Below are positions 30,572-40,056 of a DNA stretch of 64,000 bases, piece by piece. How positions within the stretch are numbered: position 1 is the first letter of the stretch; every line of letters starts with the position of its first letter. The DNA lies in contig JBHLNF010000007.1 of NCBI GenBank assembly GCA_048937405.1, positions 121,336 through 185,335 on the forward strand. The letters are read 5' to 3'. This stretch comes from Promethearchaeota archaeon (GTDB taxonomy: Archaea; Asgardarchaeota; Lokiarchaeia; Sigyniarchaeales; SOKP01). The notes beneath the pieces were generated by a model. It was not told the DNA's origin, ran no database searches, and saw only the letters and a list, made by a program, of their open reading frames with translations. The position numbers and the translations under genes were made by a program.

Positions 30572-31117
30572 CTAAAGTACATTGATAATTTTAGTAAAAT
30601 TATATGTTTTATCTATTCTTTCAGCAAGTCTAAATAGACCTGATTTTAAAATTTCTGTTTCAATGTCCTTCATATGATGACAATCTAATGAGAAAATAGA
30701 ATCTGGTTTTAGAACACGGTGAAATTCCTTTAAAACTCTCTTTGGATCATTTAACATATGGAACATATCAAAACATAAAATAACATCAATAGAATTATTC
30801 TCTAAGCCTGTTGAGCAATCTGTTGTTATAGTATAAATATTGGTTAAACCTTCTTTTAAAGCTTTTTTCTGAACTTTTTCAGCAGATAATGGGTGTATAT
30901 CTGCAGCATATACTTTTCCAGAATCACCGACAACTTTTGCCGCACAAATAGAATAACTTCCAGGACCACATCCGTAATCAAGCACAATATCACCATCTTT
31001 TACCTTCGCTTTAATAATCTTTTTTAACGGATCAGAGAATTTATCACGTATAACAAATAAGGCGGACATCACATTGAACGACATTCTTTTCATGGGTTTA
31101 TCAATTTTACCTTCCAT
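30572..31117 (-). CDS. Class I SAM-dependent methyltransferase
   Basis: VLDYGCGPG, VYAADI, EFHRVLKP. Confidence 0.92.
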   Translation of the reverse strand: MEGKIDKPMKRMSFNVMSALFVIRDKFSDPLKKIIKAKVKDGDIVLDYGCGPGSYSICAAKVVGDSGKVYAADIHPLSAEKVQKKALKEGLTNIYTITTDCSTGLENNSIDVILCFDMFHMLNDPKRVLKEFHRVLKPDSIFSLDCHHMKDIETEILKSGLFRLAERIDKTYNFTKIINVL

Positions 31118-31236
31118 AGAATTTACTTCCTATTATCTTATATTGGTTAAAATATTAGCGGTTGAGAAATAATACACGCCAATTTTATCTAAAAGATTGT
31201 AAGAATTTTCTTTATTTATCATTCTTTTTTTAAATC

Positions 31237-31268
31237 ATAAGTAATTACTTATATAAGTATTCACTTAT
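31237..31268. promoter_or_regulatory. Tandem ArsR-type operator upstream of the methyltransferase
   Basis: Perfect palindrome ATAAGTAATTACTTAT (31237-31252) directly followed by variant ATAAGTATTCACTTAT (31253-31268). Confidence 0.75.
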
Positions 31269-31345
31269 ATTTAAAATTTTGTATCTTTAAATCAATTTAA
31301 ACTTGTTCAGTTAAAATATGGGAAAATCAAAATTTTTAGATATTT

Positions 31346-31705
31346 TTAGTTTAAATTATTATGGACAGGATTTAGAGGACATTCACTACATTTTCCTTTA
31401 AATGTACATTTCATTGAGGATACTTCGAGTACAGTATTAAGGACTCTTTTATAAGATTTAAATTTACCCCTGTTCACATAGTAATAGTTTCGATTCTGTT
31501 CTTTATTTGATTTAATTAGTCCCAATTCTTTTAATATATTAATATGCTGAGTAATAGCAGGTTGAGATATACCTACCTTGTCTGCTATATCAATTACTTT
31601 TAGTTTATTTTCATCATTGAACATCAATAGACGAAGTAATTTAAGTCTGGTTGGATCAGCTAGAGCCTTAAAGAATTGAGATAAATCTTCTACAACATCT
31701 GTCAT
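31346..31705 (-). CDS. ArsR/SmtB family transcriptional regulator with a Cys-rich tail
   Basis: FKALADPTRLKLL, ISQPAITQHINILKELGLI, C-terminal CxxxxxCxxC. Confidence 0.93.
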   Translation of the reverse strand: MTDVVEDLSQFFKALADPTRLKLLRLLMFNDENKLKVIDIADKVGISQPAITQHINILKELGLIKSNKEQNRNYYYVNRGKFKSYKRVLNTVLEVSSMKCTFKGKCSECPLNPVHNNLN

Positions 31706-31733
31706 GGTATTAGTAAAATAATTCTCTACATAA

Positions 31734-31751
31734 TATAAGTAATTACTTATA
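31734..31751. promoter_or_regulatory. ArsR autoregulatory operator
   Basis: TATAAGTAATTACTTATA palindrome about 30 bp upstream of the arsR start; same core as 31237-31252. Confidence 0.78.
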
Positions 31752-31802
31752 TAACAATCTATTGGTTCAAAAAGGGAGATTTATTAATTAAGAGACATAT
31801 TT

Positions 31803-31934
31803 TTAACCAAAATATTTTTCTTCTTTAACACCAGCATCAATAACATCATTTTGAATATTTTGACCATGCCATTTCTTGCTTAAAATTTAGAGATAATATT
31901 CATATTGAATTATTAAATTCATTATTTTTGTTGT
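31803..31934 (-). pseudogene. Displaced duplicate of the acyl-CoA dehydrogenase 3' end
   Basis: TTKIMNLIIQYEYYL*ILSKKWHGQNIQNDVIDAGVKEEKYFG* aligns without gaps to TTEIMNLIIQHEYYKDILSEKWQGRDIEKDAIDSDAEEEKHFG* (32664-32795). Confidence 0.85.
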
Positions 31935-32190
31935 TGTAGGCTATATTTTTATGGCTGGAAACTTGAGGATATTTCTGAGGATCTCATTTGCCATAAATTT
32001 GGTATATGTCAGAATGGTATATTCTACCATAATTAATTTCTATACCATTATCTCCCTAAGTTATTCGTTCAAATGACCAAGACCTTAATATAACTGAAAA
32101 ATCTCTTCCAATGTAACCTTTTGATTAAAATTTCTTTTCTATTTTAATTTTCTTCCGTTTTCTAGTTTTAAAAAAAATTCACATACTTTT

Positions 32191-32610
32191 TTACTCATTG
32201 ATATCATTGTATTCTTCATTTGTAACAGGTTCTAACCATTCAACAGGTCCCTTTTGGGAATTAGGCATTATCGCAATATGCACAAGCCAGCTATCTGACG
32301 AAGCTCCATGCCAATGATTTACACCAGAGGGAATCTTTACCACATCGCCTTTACGAATCACTTGAGCTTTTTTACCTTTTTCTTGAAAATATCCCTTTCC
32401 AGCTGTAACAAGCAGAATTTGACCTCCTTGATGTATATGCCAATTAGTTCTTGCGCCAGGTTCAAAAGAAACATTACCGATCGGACAATTAAAAGTACTA
32501 TCGTCTGGAACTAACCTACTAAACCAGGCTGTTCCTGTGAAATGATCACTCGTAAATTTTTCACCTTTAGGAAAGATAATACTTTCGCTTAAATTATTTA
32601 ATTTATCCAT
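32191..32610 (-). CDS. Cupin domain protein
   Basis: FEPGARTNWHIHQGGQIL, HWHGA, VEWLEPV. Confidence 0.92.
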   Translation of the reverse strand: MDKLNNLSESIIFPKGEKFTSDHFTGTAWFSRLVPDDSTFNCPIGNVSFEPGARTNWHIHQGGQILLVTAGKGYFQEKGKKAQVIRKGDVVKIPSGVNHWHGASSDSWLVHIAIMPNSQKGPVEWLEPVTNEEYNDINE

Positions 32611-32663
32611 TTTTCATTCTTCACCTTTTTTTATTTATTTTTTTTTGTTTGAAATAATATTTT

Positions 32664-33908
32664 TTATCCAAAGTGTTTTTCTTCTTCAGCATCACTATCA
32701 ATGGCATCTTTTTCGATGTCTCGACCTTGCCATTTCTCACTTAGAATATCCTTATAATATTCATGTTGGATAATGAGGTTCATAATTTCAGTAGTCCCGG
32801 TCCATAATTCGCCGATTCTTGCATCCCGTAATAACCTTTCAATTGGATAAACTGTTGTATAACCAATCCCTCCCATAACTTGCATGGAATTATTTATTAC
32901 TTTCCAACATGATTTCGTTGAAAATTTCTTTGCTTCAGAAACCAATCTTCTTTGAAGAGCAGGTGGAGCTCCAGCATCAATACTTCTAGCAGTATTATAA
33001 ACAAGGGATCGTGTTGCGTCTAATAACGTAATGCTATCAGCAATCAGAAAATTCACAGCTTGAAAGTTCCTTATCGTTTGCCCGAACGCTTTTCTTTTTG
33101 TACTATATTTTGTAGCAATTCTTAAACATGCCCTTGCAAGACCGATAAAACCCGACGCTGTAGTTAAACGTTCAGGAACCATCATTTGATAAAAAATCTT
33201 TCCGCCAGCACCTTCTTCAAGAATAATATTTTCTTCTGGGACGATAACATTATTAAATTTAATTCTGCCTGCGCCACCACCTCTAGTCCCTAATATACCA
33301 TAAATATATTCAACAGAAACATTTTCGGTTCTATCTACTATAAATAAACTTAAAGCATTATGAGGATCCGCATTTGGATCTAAATTGGTTTTAGCATACA
33401 CCAGAAAGAAATCTGCTCCCTCTGCTCCTACTACAAACCGTTTTTCTCCATTTAAGATATAATGATTCCCTTCTTTTTCAGCTGTGGATGTAGCTCCAAA
33501 GAAATCAGATCCTCCTCTTGGTTCAGTTAAAGCTTCAGCTGTGAATTTCTTCCCTTCACACATTGGTTTAAGATATTTCTGTTTTTGATCCTCAGTCCCA
33601 AACATATTCAGAGCTTCTCCACAAATACTAGGTAAAGAAAATAAACATGCAAGTGAACTCCCTAATACTCCAATTTCTTCCTGAGCTATAATTTCACTCT
33701 CCCAATTCAATCCCCTTCCCCCATATTCCTTTGGAAATCTTATTCCTATTAAATTTTGTTTAGCTAATGCATTTAACCATTCAGTAGGGTATTGAATCTC
33801 ATCTTTATCCATTTTTTTTAAGAGTGAGGGTGGAACTGTACTTTTTACAAATTTTCGTACTTCTTCTCTAAACTTTTTGTTTTCGTTACTAAGTAGATAA
33901 TCATACAT
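32664..33908 (-). CDS. Acyl-CoA dehydrogenase
   Basis: ALTEPRGGSD, NGEKRF, RKAFG, QVMGGIGY, RDAR. Confidence 0.95.
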   Translation of the reverse strand: MYDYLLSNENKKFREEVRKFVKSTVPPSLLKKMDKDEIQYPTEWLNALAKQNLIGIRFPKEYGGRGLNWESEIIAQEEIGVLGSSLACLFSLPSICGEALNMFGTEDQKQKYLKPMCEGKKFTAEALTEPRGGSDFFGATSTAEKEGNHYILNGEKRFVVGAEGADFFLVYAKTNLDPNADPHNALSLFIVDRTENVSVEYIYGILGTRGGGAGRIKFNNVIVPEENIILEEGAGGKIFYQMMVPERLTTASGFIGLARACLRIATKYSTKRKAFGQTIRNFQAVNFLIADSITLLDATRSLVYNTARSIDAGAPPALQRRLVSEAKKFSTKSCWKVINNSMQVMGGIGYTTVYPIERLLRDARIGELWTGTTEIMNLIIQHEYYKDILSEKWQGRDIEKDAIDSDAEEEKHFG

Positions 33909-34174
33909 TTTTGATACTCTCTAAATGATATATTCTATTACGAAAAAATAATGATGGGTTTAATAAAAATAATAATTTGAATAAAATTCATTTTTTTTTA
34001 TTATTAACCTCTAATTCGAAGTTCCATTGTAGTTCATTAGTTAAAACTATAAATATTCAAAATTACTTATCTTGCACACTATATAGTAAATTTATCGCTT
34101 TTTTTCTATATATTATTCGAAAAATCATAAAACTATACTGTATAATCTTGAAAAATTAAAAATACAATTCACCA

Positions 34175-35443
34175 ATGTTCGCTAAAATTAAAAAAATCTA
34201 TAAGGAATATCCCAAGGCATTTAAAGTACTGACTTTCGCCACTTTCATTGACCAAATAGGGTCTTTCTTATTATATCCTTTTTTTGCTTGGTATGTAACA
34301 GAACGTTTTGGTGTAGGAATGATAGAAGTAGGAATCCTATTTTCAATCTTTTCTATAGGAAACATATTTGGTAGTACAATCGGAGGTGCCTTAGCTGATA
34401 AATATGGACGTCGTGTAATTGTTTTAATTGGTTTAATTGTAAGTGGGATAGGAAGTATCTTAATGGGATTAGCTAATAATTTAAACACTTTTTATTTAAT
34501 CGCTGCGTTTCTAGGTTTAATAGGCAATTTTGGAGGTCCTGCACGTCAAGCAATGGTGCCAGATTTACTTCCAAAAGAAAAACAAGCTGAAGGATTTGGA
34601 ATCCTACGAGTTGCTTTTAATCTCTCAGCTGTGATTGGGCCTATATTAGGTGGATTTATGGCAACCAGATCCTTTATGTTATTATTTATTTCTGATGCAA
34701 TAAGCAGTATTATTACTGCTATTATAGTCTTTGTTGTCATCCCAGAAACTAAACCTCAAACTCAGGATGTAACTTCAAAAGAATCAGTCATGAAAACACT
34801 AATAGGATATAAAGATGTTGTAAAGGACTGGAAATTTATGATTTTCATTGCGGTATCAGCCATAACAGTTTTAGTATATATGCAGATGAATGGTCCACTA
34901 TCAGTTTATTTAAGAGATATTCATGGTTTTCCCATTGAAAATTTTGCTTGGTTAGTGAGTATGAATGCATTAATAGTCGTTGTTTTTCAATTCTGGATAA
35001 CTAAAATGATTTCGAAATATGCTCCTATGAAAATGATGGCTTTTGGAACGATATTTCTAATGATTGGTTTTGGGATGTATGGTTTTGTGTCTGAACCATA
35101 TCTGTTTTTTGTTGCTATGGCTATTATCACTGTGGGTGAATGTATTGTATTCCCTCTTGGACAAAGTACTGCAGCTGCATTTGCTCCAGAAGATAAGCGC
35201 GGAAGGTATATGGCTATGTATGCTTTTCAATGGATGATTCCAAATCTGTTTGGTATTTTAGTTGCTGGATTAGTTATGGAATATATTGGACCAAACTGGT
35301 TATGGTATTTCGCTGCGCTTTTATCTCTTCTTTCAATAATTGGATTTTTATTACTTGAAAAGATTACTACAGTACGTATTCTTAAAGAAAAAGAGCCAAT
35401 AGAGGATGAATTTACTGAAATGGCGATTCCATCAATTGAATGA
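34175..35443 (+). CDS. MFS transporter
   Basis: GALADKYGRR motif A, about 12 TM segments. Confidence 0.93.
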   Translation: MFAKIKKIYKEYPKAFKVLTFATFIDQIGSFLLYPFFAWYVTERFGVGMIEVGILFSIFSIGNIFGSTIGGALADKYGRRVIVLIGLIVSGIGSILMGLANNLNTFYLIAAFLGLIGNFGGPARQAMVPDLLPKEKQAEGFGILRVAFNLSAVIGPILGGFMATRSFMLLFISDAISSIITAIIVFVVIPETKPQTQDVTSKESVMKTLIGYKDVVKDWKFMIFIAVSAITVLVYMQMNGPLSVYLRDIHGFPIENFAWLVSMNALIVVVFQFWITKMISKYAPMKMMAFGTIFLMIGFGMYGFVSEPYLFFVAMAIITVGECIVFPLGQSTAAAFAPEDKRGRYMAMYAFQWMIPNLFGILVAGLVMEYIGPNWLWYFAALLSLLSIIGFLLLEKITTVRILKEKEPIEDEFTEMAIPSIE

Positions 35444-35516
35444 AAGATCTCTGACTTTTTATTATTAATTACTGCCCATCGATTAGCATTTTAACATTAA
35501 AAATTCATCATTTAAG

Positions 35517-35540
35517 ATCGTGAAACGCATCTTTCACGAT
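35517..35540. terminator. Hairpin between convergent genes
   Basis: ATCGTGAAA-cgcatc-TTTCACGAT perfect 9-bp stem. Confidence 0.4.
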
Positions 35541-35552
35541 GAATTGAATCAA

Positions 35553-36704
35553 TCATTTTTCAATCTCAAAAATAATCTTGAGATAATCATACTTAGAATT
35601 GAGTAATATTAAAATTTCGTTAATAAAGATCCTTAAATTTTTCGCTTGAATTTTCTTTTCATCTTTCTGTTCAAGTAAAAATTCATGTAGCATCTTTCTT
35701 GTCTCGTCAGGACCATTTTCCTTAAAAAATTTCATCCAATGAATTGAAATATTACATATTTTTTTTATACTCTCATTTGGATATTCATTTATATCAAGTA
35801 TTTTCTCATGATATTTATTTATGGCATTACTTACCCTTTCTAAATAATCGGCAGTACCCAATGAATATCTACATAAACTGATTAGATTTGAGGTGATTCT
35901 AGAGTTCCTAGTATTAGTTGCAGCTTCAAAAGATTCCCATATTTCATTCATTTTGTCATTATTTCTACTTGCTAAATCGGAATTATGTAAGGCTACATTC
36001 ATAATATCACTAAGATCAACATCATGTCCTCTTTTAAGCTTTTTATTAAAAATTTCTTTCAATCCTGTACCTTCAAGATAGCTTCCCGCTCCAAAATCAA
36101 GTAACTGATTTAAATTGTTTGCTGCACACAGCGCCTCATATCTTACTTCACCAGTATCAGGATTAGTCCATTGAACTTGTTTCTCAAACTCACCAGTTTC
36201 TTTATTCTTAACCCATCCACACTCTTTTAATGCATGATCTAAAACTCCTACCTCAAAACACCAAAAATCTATATCATCAGTAAAGCGTTTTCTCCTCCAA
36301 TCTCTTGAAGTATATTTACCCAAGTATAATTTTAAAGTACCTCTTACTAAAGATTTTTTCCCATCTTTTAATGCTTTTCTAGCATTAACACAGTAAGGAT
36401 TATTTGAATCTTCTGAACAAGTCATAATATGATTTAAAACTGTCCTAGCTTCACCCGCCACGATATCACAAGGAATCTTCCCATCAGAAGGATACATTCT
36501 TGATCCACCATCTAAATATTTTTGAAATAATTCTATTTCATTTTCAGGAATTTTATACCAAGGATTATTAAACATTCTCTTGGAAAATACATAGTGAGTG
36601 AAACCGTTTTTATCGATTCTTGTTTTATCTGGTAAAGGTGAGACATCTCTAAGATTATCTCCTTTTTGTTGCGCATCAGCTTTAATATCCCAAATTGAGG
36701 TCAT
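35553..36704 (-). CDS. Hypothetical protein with nucleotidyltransferase-like motifs
   Basis: LVRGTL...RFTDDIDF and KLKRGHDVDLSD resemble the hhGG..R.T.DlD and K..R...D..D motifs of AbiEii/DUF6036-type NTases. Confidence 0.55.
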   Translation of the reverse strand: MTSIWDIKADAQQKGDNLRDVSPLPDKTRIDKNGFTHYVFSKRMFNNPWYKIPENEIELFQKYLDGGSRMYPSDGKIPCDIVAGEARTVLNHIMTCSEDSNNPYCVNARKALKDGKKSLVRGTLKLYLGKYTSRDWRRKRFTDDIDFWCFEVGVLDHALKECGWVKNKETGEFEKQVQWTNPDTGEVRYEALCAANNLNQLLDFGAGSYLEGTGLKEIFNKKLKRGHDVDLSDIMNVALHNSDLASRNNDKMNEIWESFEAATNTRNSRITSNLISLCRYSLGTADYLERVSNAINKYHEKILDINEYPNESIKKICNISIHWMKFFKENGPDETRKMLHEFLLEQKDEKKIQAKNLRIFINEILILLNSKYDYLKIIFEIEK

Positions 36705-36790
36705 ACGAGTTATTATATTGAATGTTGCTTTTAAAAATTATTAATTTAAAATATAAAATTTATTATAAACATAGACTCTATTGATAATAT

Positions 36791-37474
36791 ATGAGTAATT
36801 TTTTTCGTATCTTTACTCTCACTCCCTGGGATTCACTTAATTTAAAAAATTTAACCGAAGTGAAATTATATTCATTGAAAAATATTTTTAAATCCTTTCC
36901 TGTAATTGAACCGGAATTTTTCGATGATCTACTTTCAAATTTGTATAAATTTAATCATTATTCCTTGACTGAAAGCATCAAGCGGATCGTTGGTCCTGAA
37001 AATGAAGATTATGATATAAATCCATGGAATTTAGTGTGGGGAATGGATATTGAAAGAAGAATTTTTCAGTTTTTATTTCAAAAAGTTAAGAATGAATTAA
37101 AAGGATCTCAAGCGACATTAGTTGCCCTAGCTCCTCCGGAACTAGGTAAATTATTTAATCAATATAAAAAAGAAGCAATATTAAGAACTCTATCTCTTTT
37201 AAATAATCCAAAAAAAATGAAATTTCTTATGGTATTAGCCCCTAAAGGAAAATCAGTTGCGGAAGAACAACAATTACTTCGAATAACTAAGAAAGATTAT
37301 GAAAAATTGAAATTCAAAGAGATGCTTCAACAAATGCCAAATATTAAAGGGGAGTGGATGTTAACCCATACTCCGCGATGCTCCAACTGTGGAAAGGAGT
37401 TTCCAGAGATAAAGGCTTTGAATGTATGGTCTTTTAAATTTAAATGTCCATATTGTGGGCATCAGAATGAATAA
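36791..37474 (+). CDS. Hypothetical protein with C-terminal zinc ribbon
   Basis: Intact ORF with CSNC...CPYC. Confidence 0.6.
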   Translation: MSNFFRIFTLTPWDSLNLKNLTEVKLYSLKNIFKSFPVIEPEFFDDLLSNLYKFNHYSLTESIKRIVGPENEDYDINPWNLVWGMDIERRIFQFLFQKVKNELKGSQATLVALAPPELGKLFNQYKKEAILRTLSLLNNPKKMKFLMVLAPKGKSVAEEQQLLRITKKDYEKLKFKEMLQQMPNIKGEWMLTHTPRCSNCGKEFPEIKALNVWSFKFKCPYCGHQNE

Positions 37475-37571
37475 TGAACCTCACTCTTCAGGTCATATTT
37501 TAATATTAATTTTTATTGAATCGTACGATATATAACTTATTAAAAAAAAAATAATCGGAGCTAATTTTGAA

Positions 37572-39113
37572 ATGTTTATAGCCGCTTTAGATTTAGGAAC
37601 AACTGGATGTAGAACTTTCATTTTTGATTTAGCAGGTACGATTATTGCTAGTGATTATCAAGAATGGCAGAGTTTTTATCCATCTCCCTCATTTGTTGAA
37701 CAAGATGCCAATACGTGGTGGGATTCCATTAAAATAACAATTGAAAAAGCAATAAAAAAAAGTGGAATTGATAAAACTGAGATTGTTAGTCTTTCAGTAA
37801 CCAATCAGAGAGAAACTATTGTTCCTGTAGATAAAGATGGTAATCCACTTCATAATGCTTTAGTATGGCAGGACAGGAGGACAATAAAGCAGGTTGAATA
37901 TATTAAAGAAAAAATTGGTATTGATAAGATTTATGAGACAACAGGATTAACAATTGATCCATACTTTTCAGCTACAAAAATACTTTGGTTTAAAGATGAA
38001 AAACCACAAATTTATCAGAAGACTCACAAATTTTTATTGGTATCTGATTACATAATTTATAAGCTAACAGGGAAATATGTCAGTGATTTTAGTAATTTAA
38101 GTAGAACAATGCTATTTGATATTAGGAGATTAAAATACTCCGACGATATTGCTTCTGAATTAGAAATAGACATAGATAAAATGCCAGAAGCCTTGGAAAG
38201 TGGAGTTGATATCGGAGAAATTGTAACTGAAGAAACGTTATTTGATAAAAAAACCTTGGTTGTATCTGGTGCTGGAGATCAACAATCTGCTGCTTTAGGT
38301 GTAGGTGTGGTATCCCCAGGTGAAATTAAATGCACAACTGGAACTGGTAGTTTCATTTTGGCTTATTTATCGCAACCCAAATTCGATCCAGAGAAACGTG
38401 TTCTATGTAGTTGTCATGCAGTTCCAGGAGCATGGGTACAAGAAGCTAGTATTTTTACAACTGGAGCAGTACTTAGATGGTTTCGAGATGAATTAGGACT
38501 TGCAGAATGTCAAGCTGCTCAAGAAGGCCAAGACCCTTATGATCTAATTTCTAGTGAAGCAGAAAAATCATCAATTGGGGCAAATGGAATACTTCTCATT
38601 CCCCATTTCGTTGGAGCTGGAGCACCTCATTGGAATCCATTTGCAAAAGGTATCTTATTCGGTTTATCTTTAGGACATAAACGAAAAGATATCTATAGGG
38701 CTGTATTTGAGGGTGTAGCCTACGAACTTAGAAAAAACATCGAAGTATTTAAAAAAATAGGAATAGAACCAAAGGAATTAATGTTAACTGGAGGAGGATC
38801 TCGTTCTGATTTTTGGAATCAGATTTATGCTGATGTGTTAGGAATTACATGTGTTCGAAATGTCATAGAAGAAGCAACTTCTTTAGGTGCCGCGATTTTG
38901 GCTGCATCGGGAGCAGCACTTTTTCCTGATATTGCTAAAGCCGCAGAAAATTTATGTAAAGTTGATAAAAAATGGCTTCCTAATGAAAATCGACACAAAA
39001 AATATGAGGAATTCTATAATATGTCTTATAATATCTATAATATCTTGAATAGTAAAAATATATATAAACAGTTCAATGATATAATTATACCAAAAAACTC
39101 TGAAAAAAAATAG
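37572..39113 (+). CDS. FGGY-family carbohydrate kinase (xylulokinase/glycerol kinase-like)
   Basis: LDLGTTG, TNQRET, WQDRR, GDQQSA, TGGGSRS. Confidence 0.93.
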   Translation: MFIAALDLGTTGCRTFIFDLAGTIIASDYQEWQSFYPSPSFVEQDANTWWDSIKITIEKAIKKSGIDKTEIVSLSVTNQRETIVPVDKDGNPLHNALVWQDRRTIKQVEYIKEKIGIDKIYETTGLTIDPYFSATKILWFKDEKPQIYQKTHKFLLVSDYIIYKLTGKYVSDFSNLSRTMLFDIRRLKYSDDIASELEIDIDKMPEALESGVDIGEIVTEETLFDKKTLVVSGAGDQQSAALGVGVVSPGEIKCTTGTGSFILAYLSQPKFDPEKRVLCSCHAVPGAWVQEASIFTTGAVLRWFRDELGLAECQAAQEGQDPYDLISSEAEKSSIGANGILLIPHFVGAGAPHWNPFAKGILFGLSLGHKRKDIYRAVFEGVAYELRKNIEVFKKIGIEPKELMLTGGGSRSDFWNQIYADVLGITCVRNVIEEATSLGAAILAASGAALFPDIAKAAENLCKVDKKWLPNENRHKKYEEFYNMSYNIYNILNSKNIYKQFNDIIIPKNSEKK

Positions 39114-39285
39114 AATTTTATCATAATGCTCAATTTTATATATTTTAAATGTTATTTTTTCTATAATCAAAATTATTCGGTATTATATAGAGGAAAACTC
39201 TGTTATAATGCTGAAACCAGTTTAGTAGAAATAGATATAGCACAAATGGATATTACTTTAAAAAAAAAATGAAATGTGAAAAAAA

Positions 39286-39903
39286 ATGGAAATTGATACT
39301 ACAAGTAGAGTACAAGAATATAGTAAAATTCAAAAAATAATAGCATCAATCTTTTACCTTTTGATTGTAATAGCTAGTATAGTAAGTATTGGAGGAATAG
39401 TATGGACATTTGCAGATTTTTTTATTGGAAGTACTGGTAAATTTGAGCAATTTTTGGATCTTAGTTTAGGATATCAAATAGCCATTATTGCAGGACTTTT
39501 AGCAGGTCTGTTTTTTTTATTGATCTTCTTTTTTGGGTTGTTTAAGAAATCCACACGATCCTTAATCAAGTTTATCTATAGAAAGCGAGAACTTGAGGAA
39601 AAATATAAAAATCGTACTGATGTAAAAATTGCAGCTGGAGGTTTACTTGTCAGTTTAATTGCTATTATAATAGGAGTTATTATTGCTATTGTACAAGATG
39701 TTGCGACGGTTTCTTCAGGAGGATCATCATCTTTGTCAGATATCTTTGGAAGTACAGGACCTTGGGTATTATTTATCGGCATTGCACTTTTCATTGTGGT
39801 CTTTACATCACTGTTCTTTATCTATTTTTGGAAAAATGGATATTATTTGCTTTTAAGGTTAATAGGAGCGATCGAGAAAATTGATAGAAAAGAGGAGAAA
39901 TAA
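39286..39903 (+). CDS. Membrane protein, 4 TM (internal two-fold repeat)
   Basis: Four hydrophobic helices in two similar pairs. Confidence 0.7.
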   Translation: MEIDTTSRVQEYSKIQKIIASIFYLLIVIASIVSIGGIVWTFADFFIGSTGKFEQFLDLSLGYQIAIIAGLLAGLFFLLIFFFGLFKKSTRSLIKFIYRKRELEEKYKNRTDVKIAAGGLLVSLIAIIIGVIIAIVQDVATVSSGGSSSLSDIFGSTGPWVLFIGIALFIVVFTSLFFIYFWKNGYYLLLRLIGAIEKIDRKEEK

Positions 39904-40056
39904 ACTCTATTGTTATAATACTTTTATAAAAAAAAAAAGCTTCTTATTTTTTGATTAAATTAGAAATTTTTTTCTCTTATACTTTTTTTATTTAAAACCA
40001 CAATTTATTAATTCAAAGTGGATATTTAATTAATTTCATTATGCCGATTTGATTTT

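Noticed and set aside
31940-32170. Possible pseudogene fragment next to the cupin
   Set aside because: The frames read contain several stops and no identity could be assigned
33977-34159. 60-aa ORF between acyl-CoA dehydrogenase and the MFS transporter
   Set aside because: AT-rich divergent promoter region with a TTG start and no protein-like features
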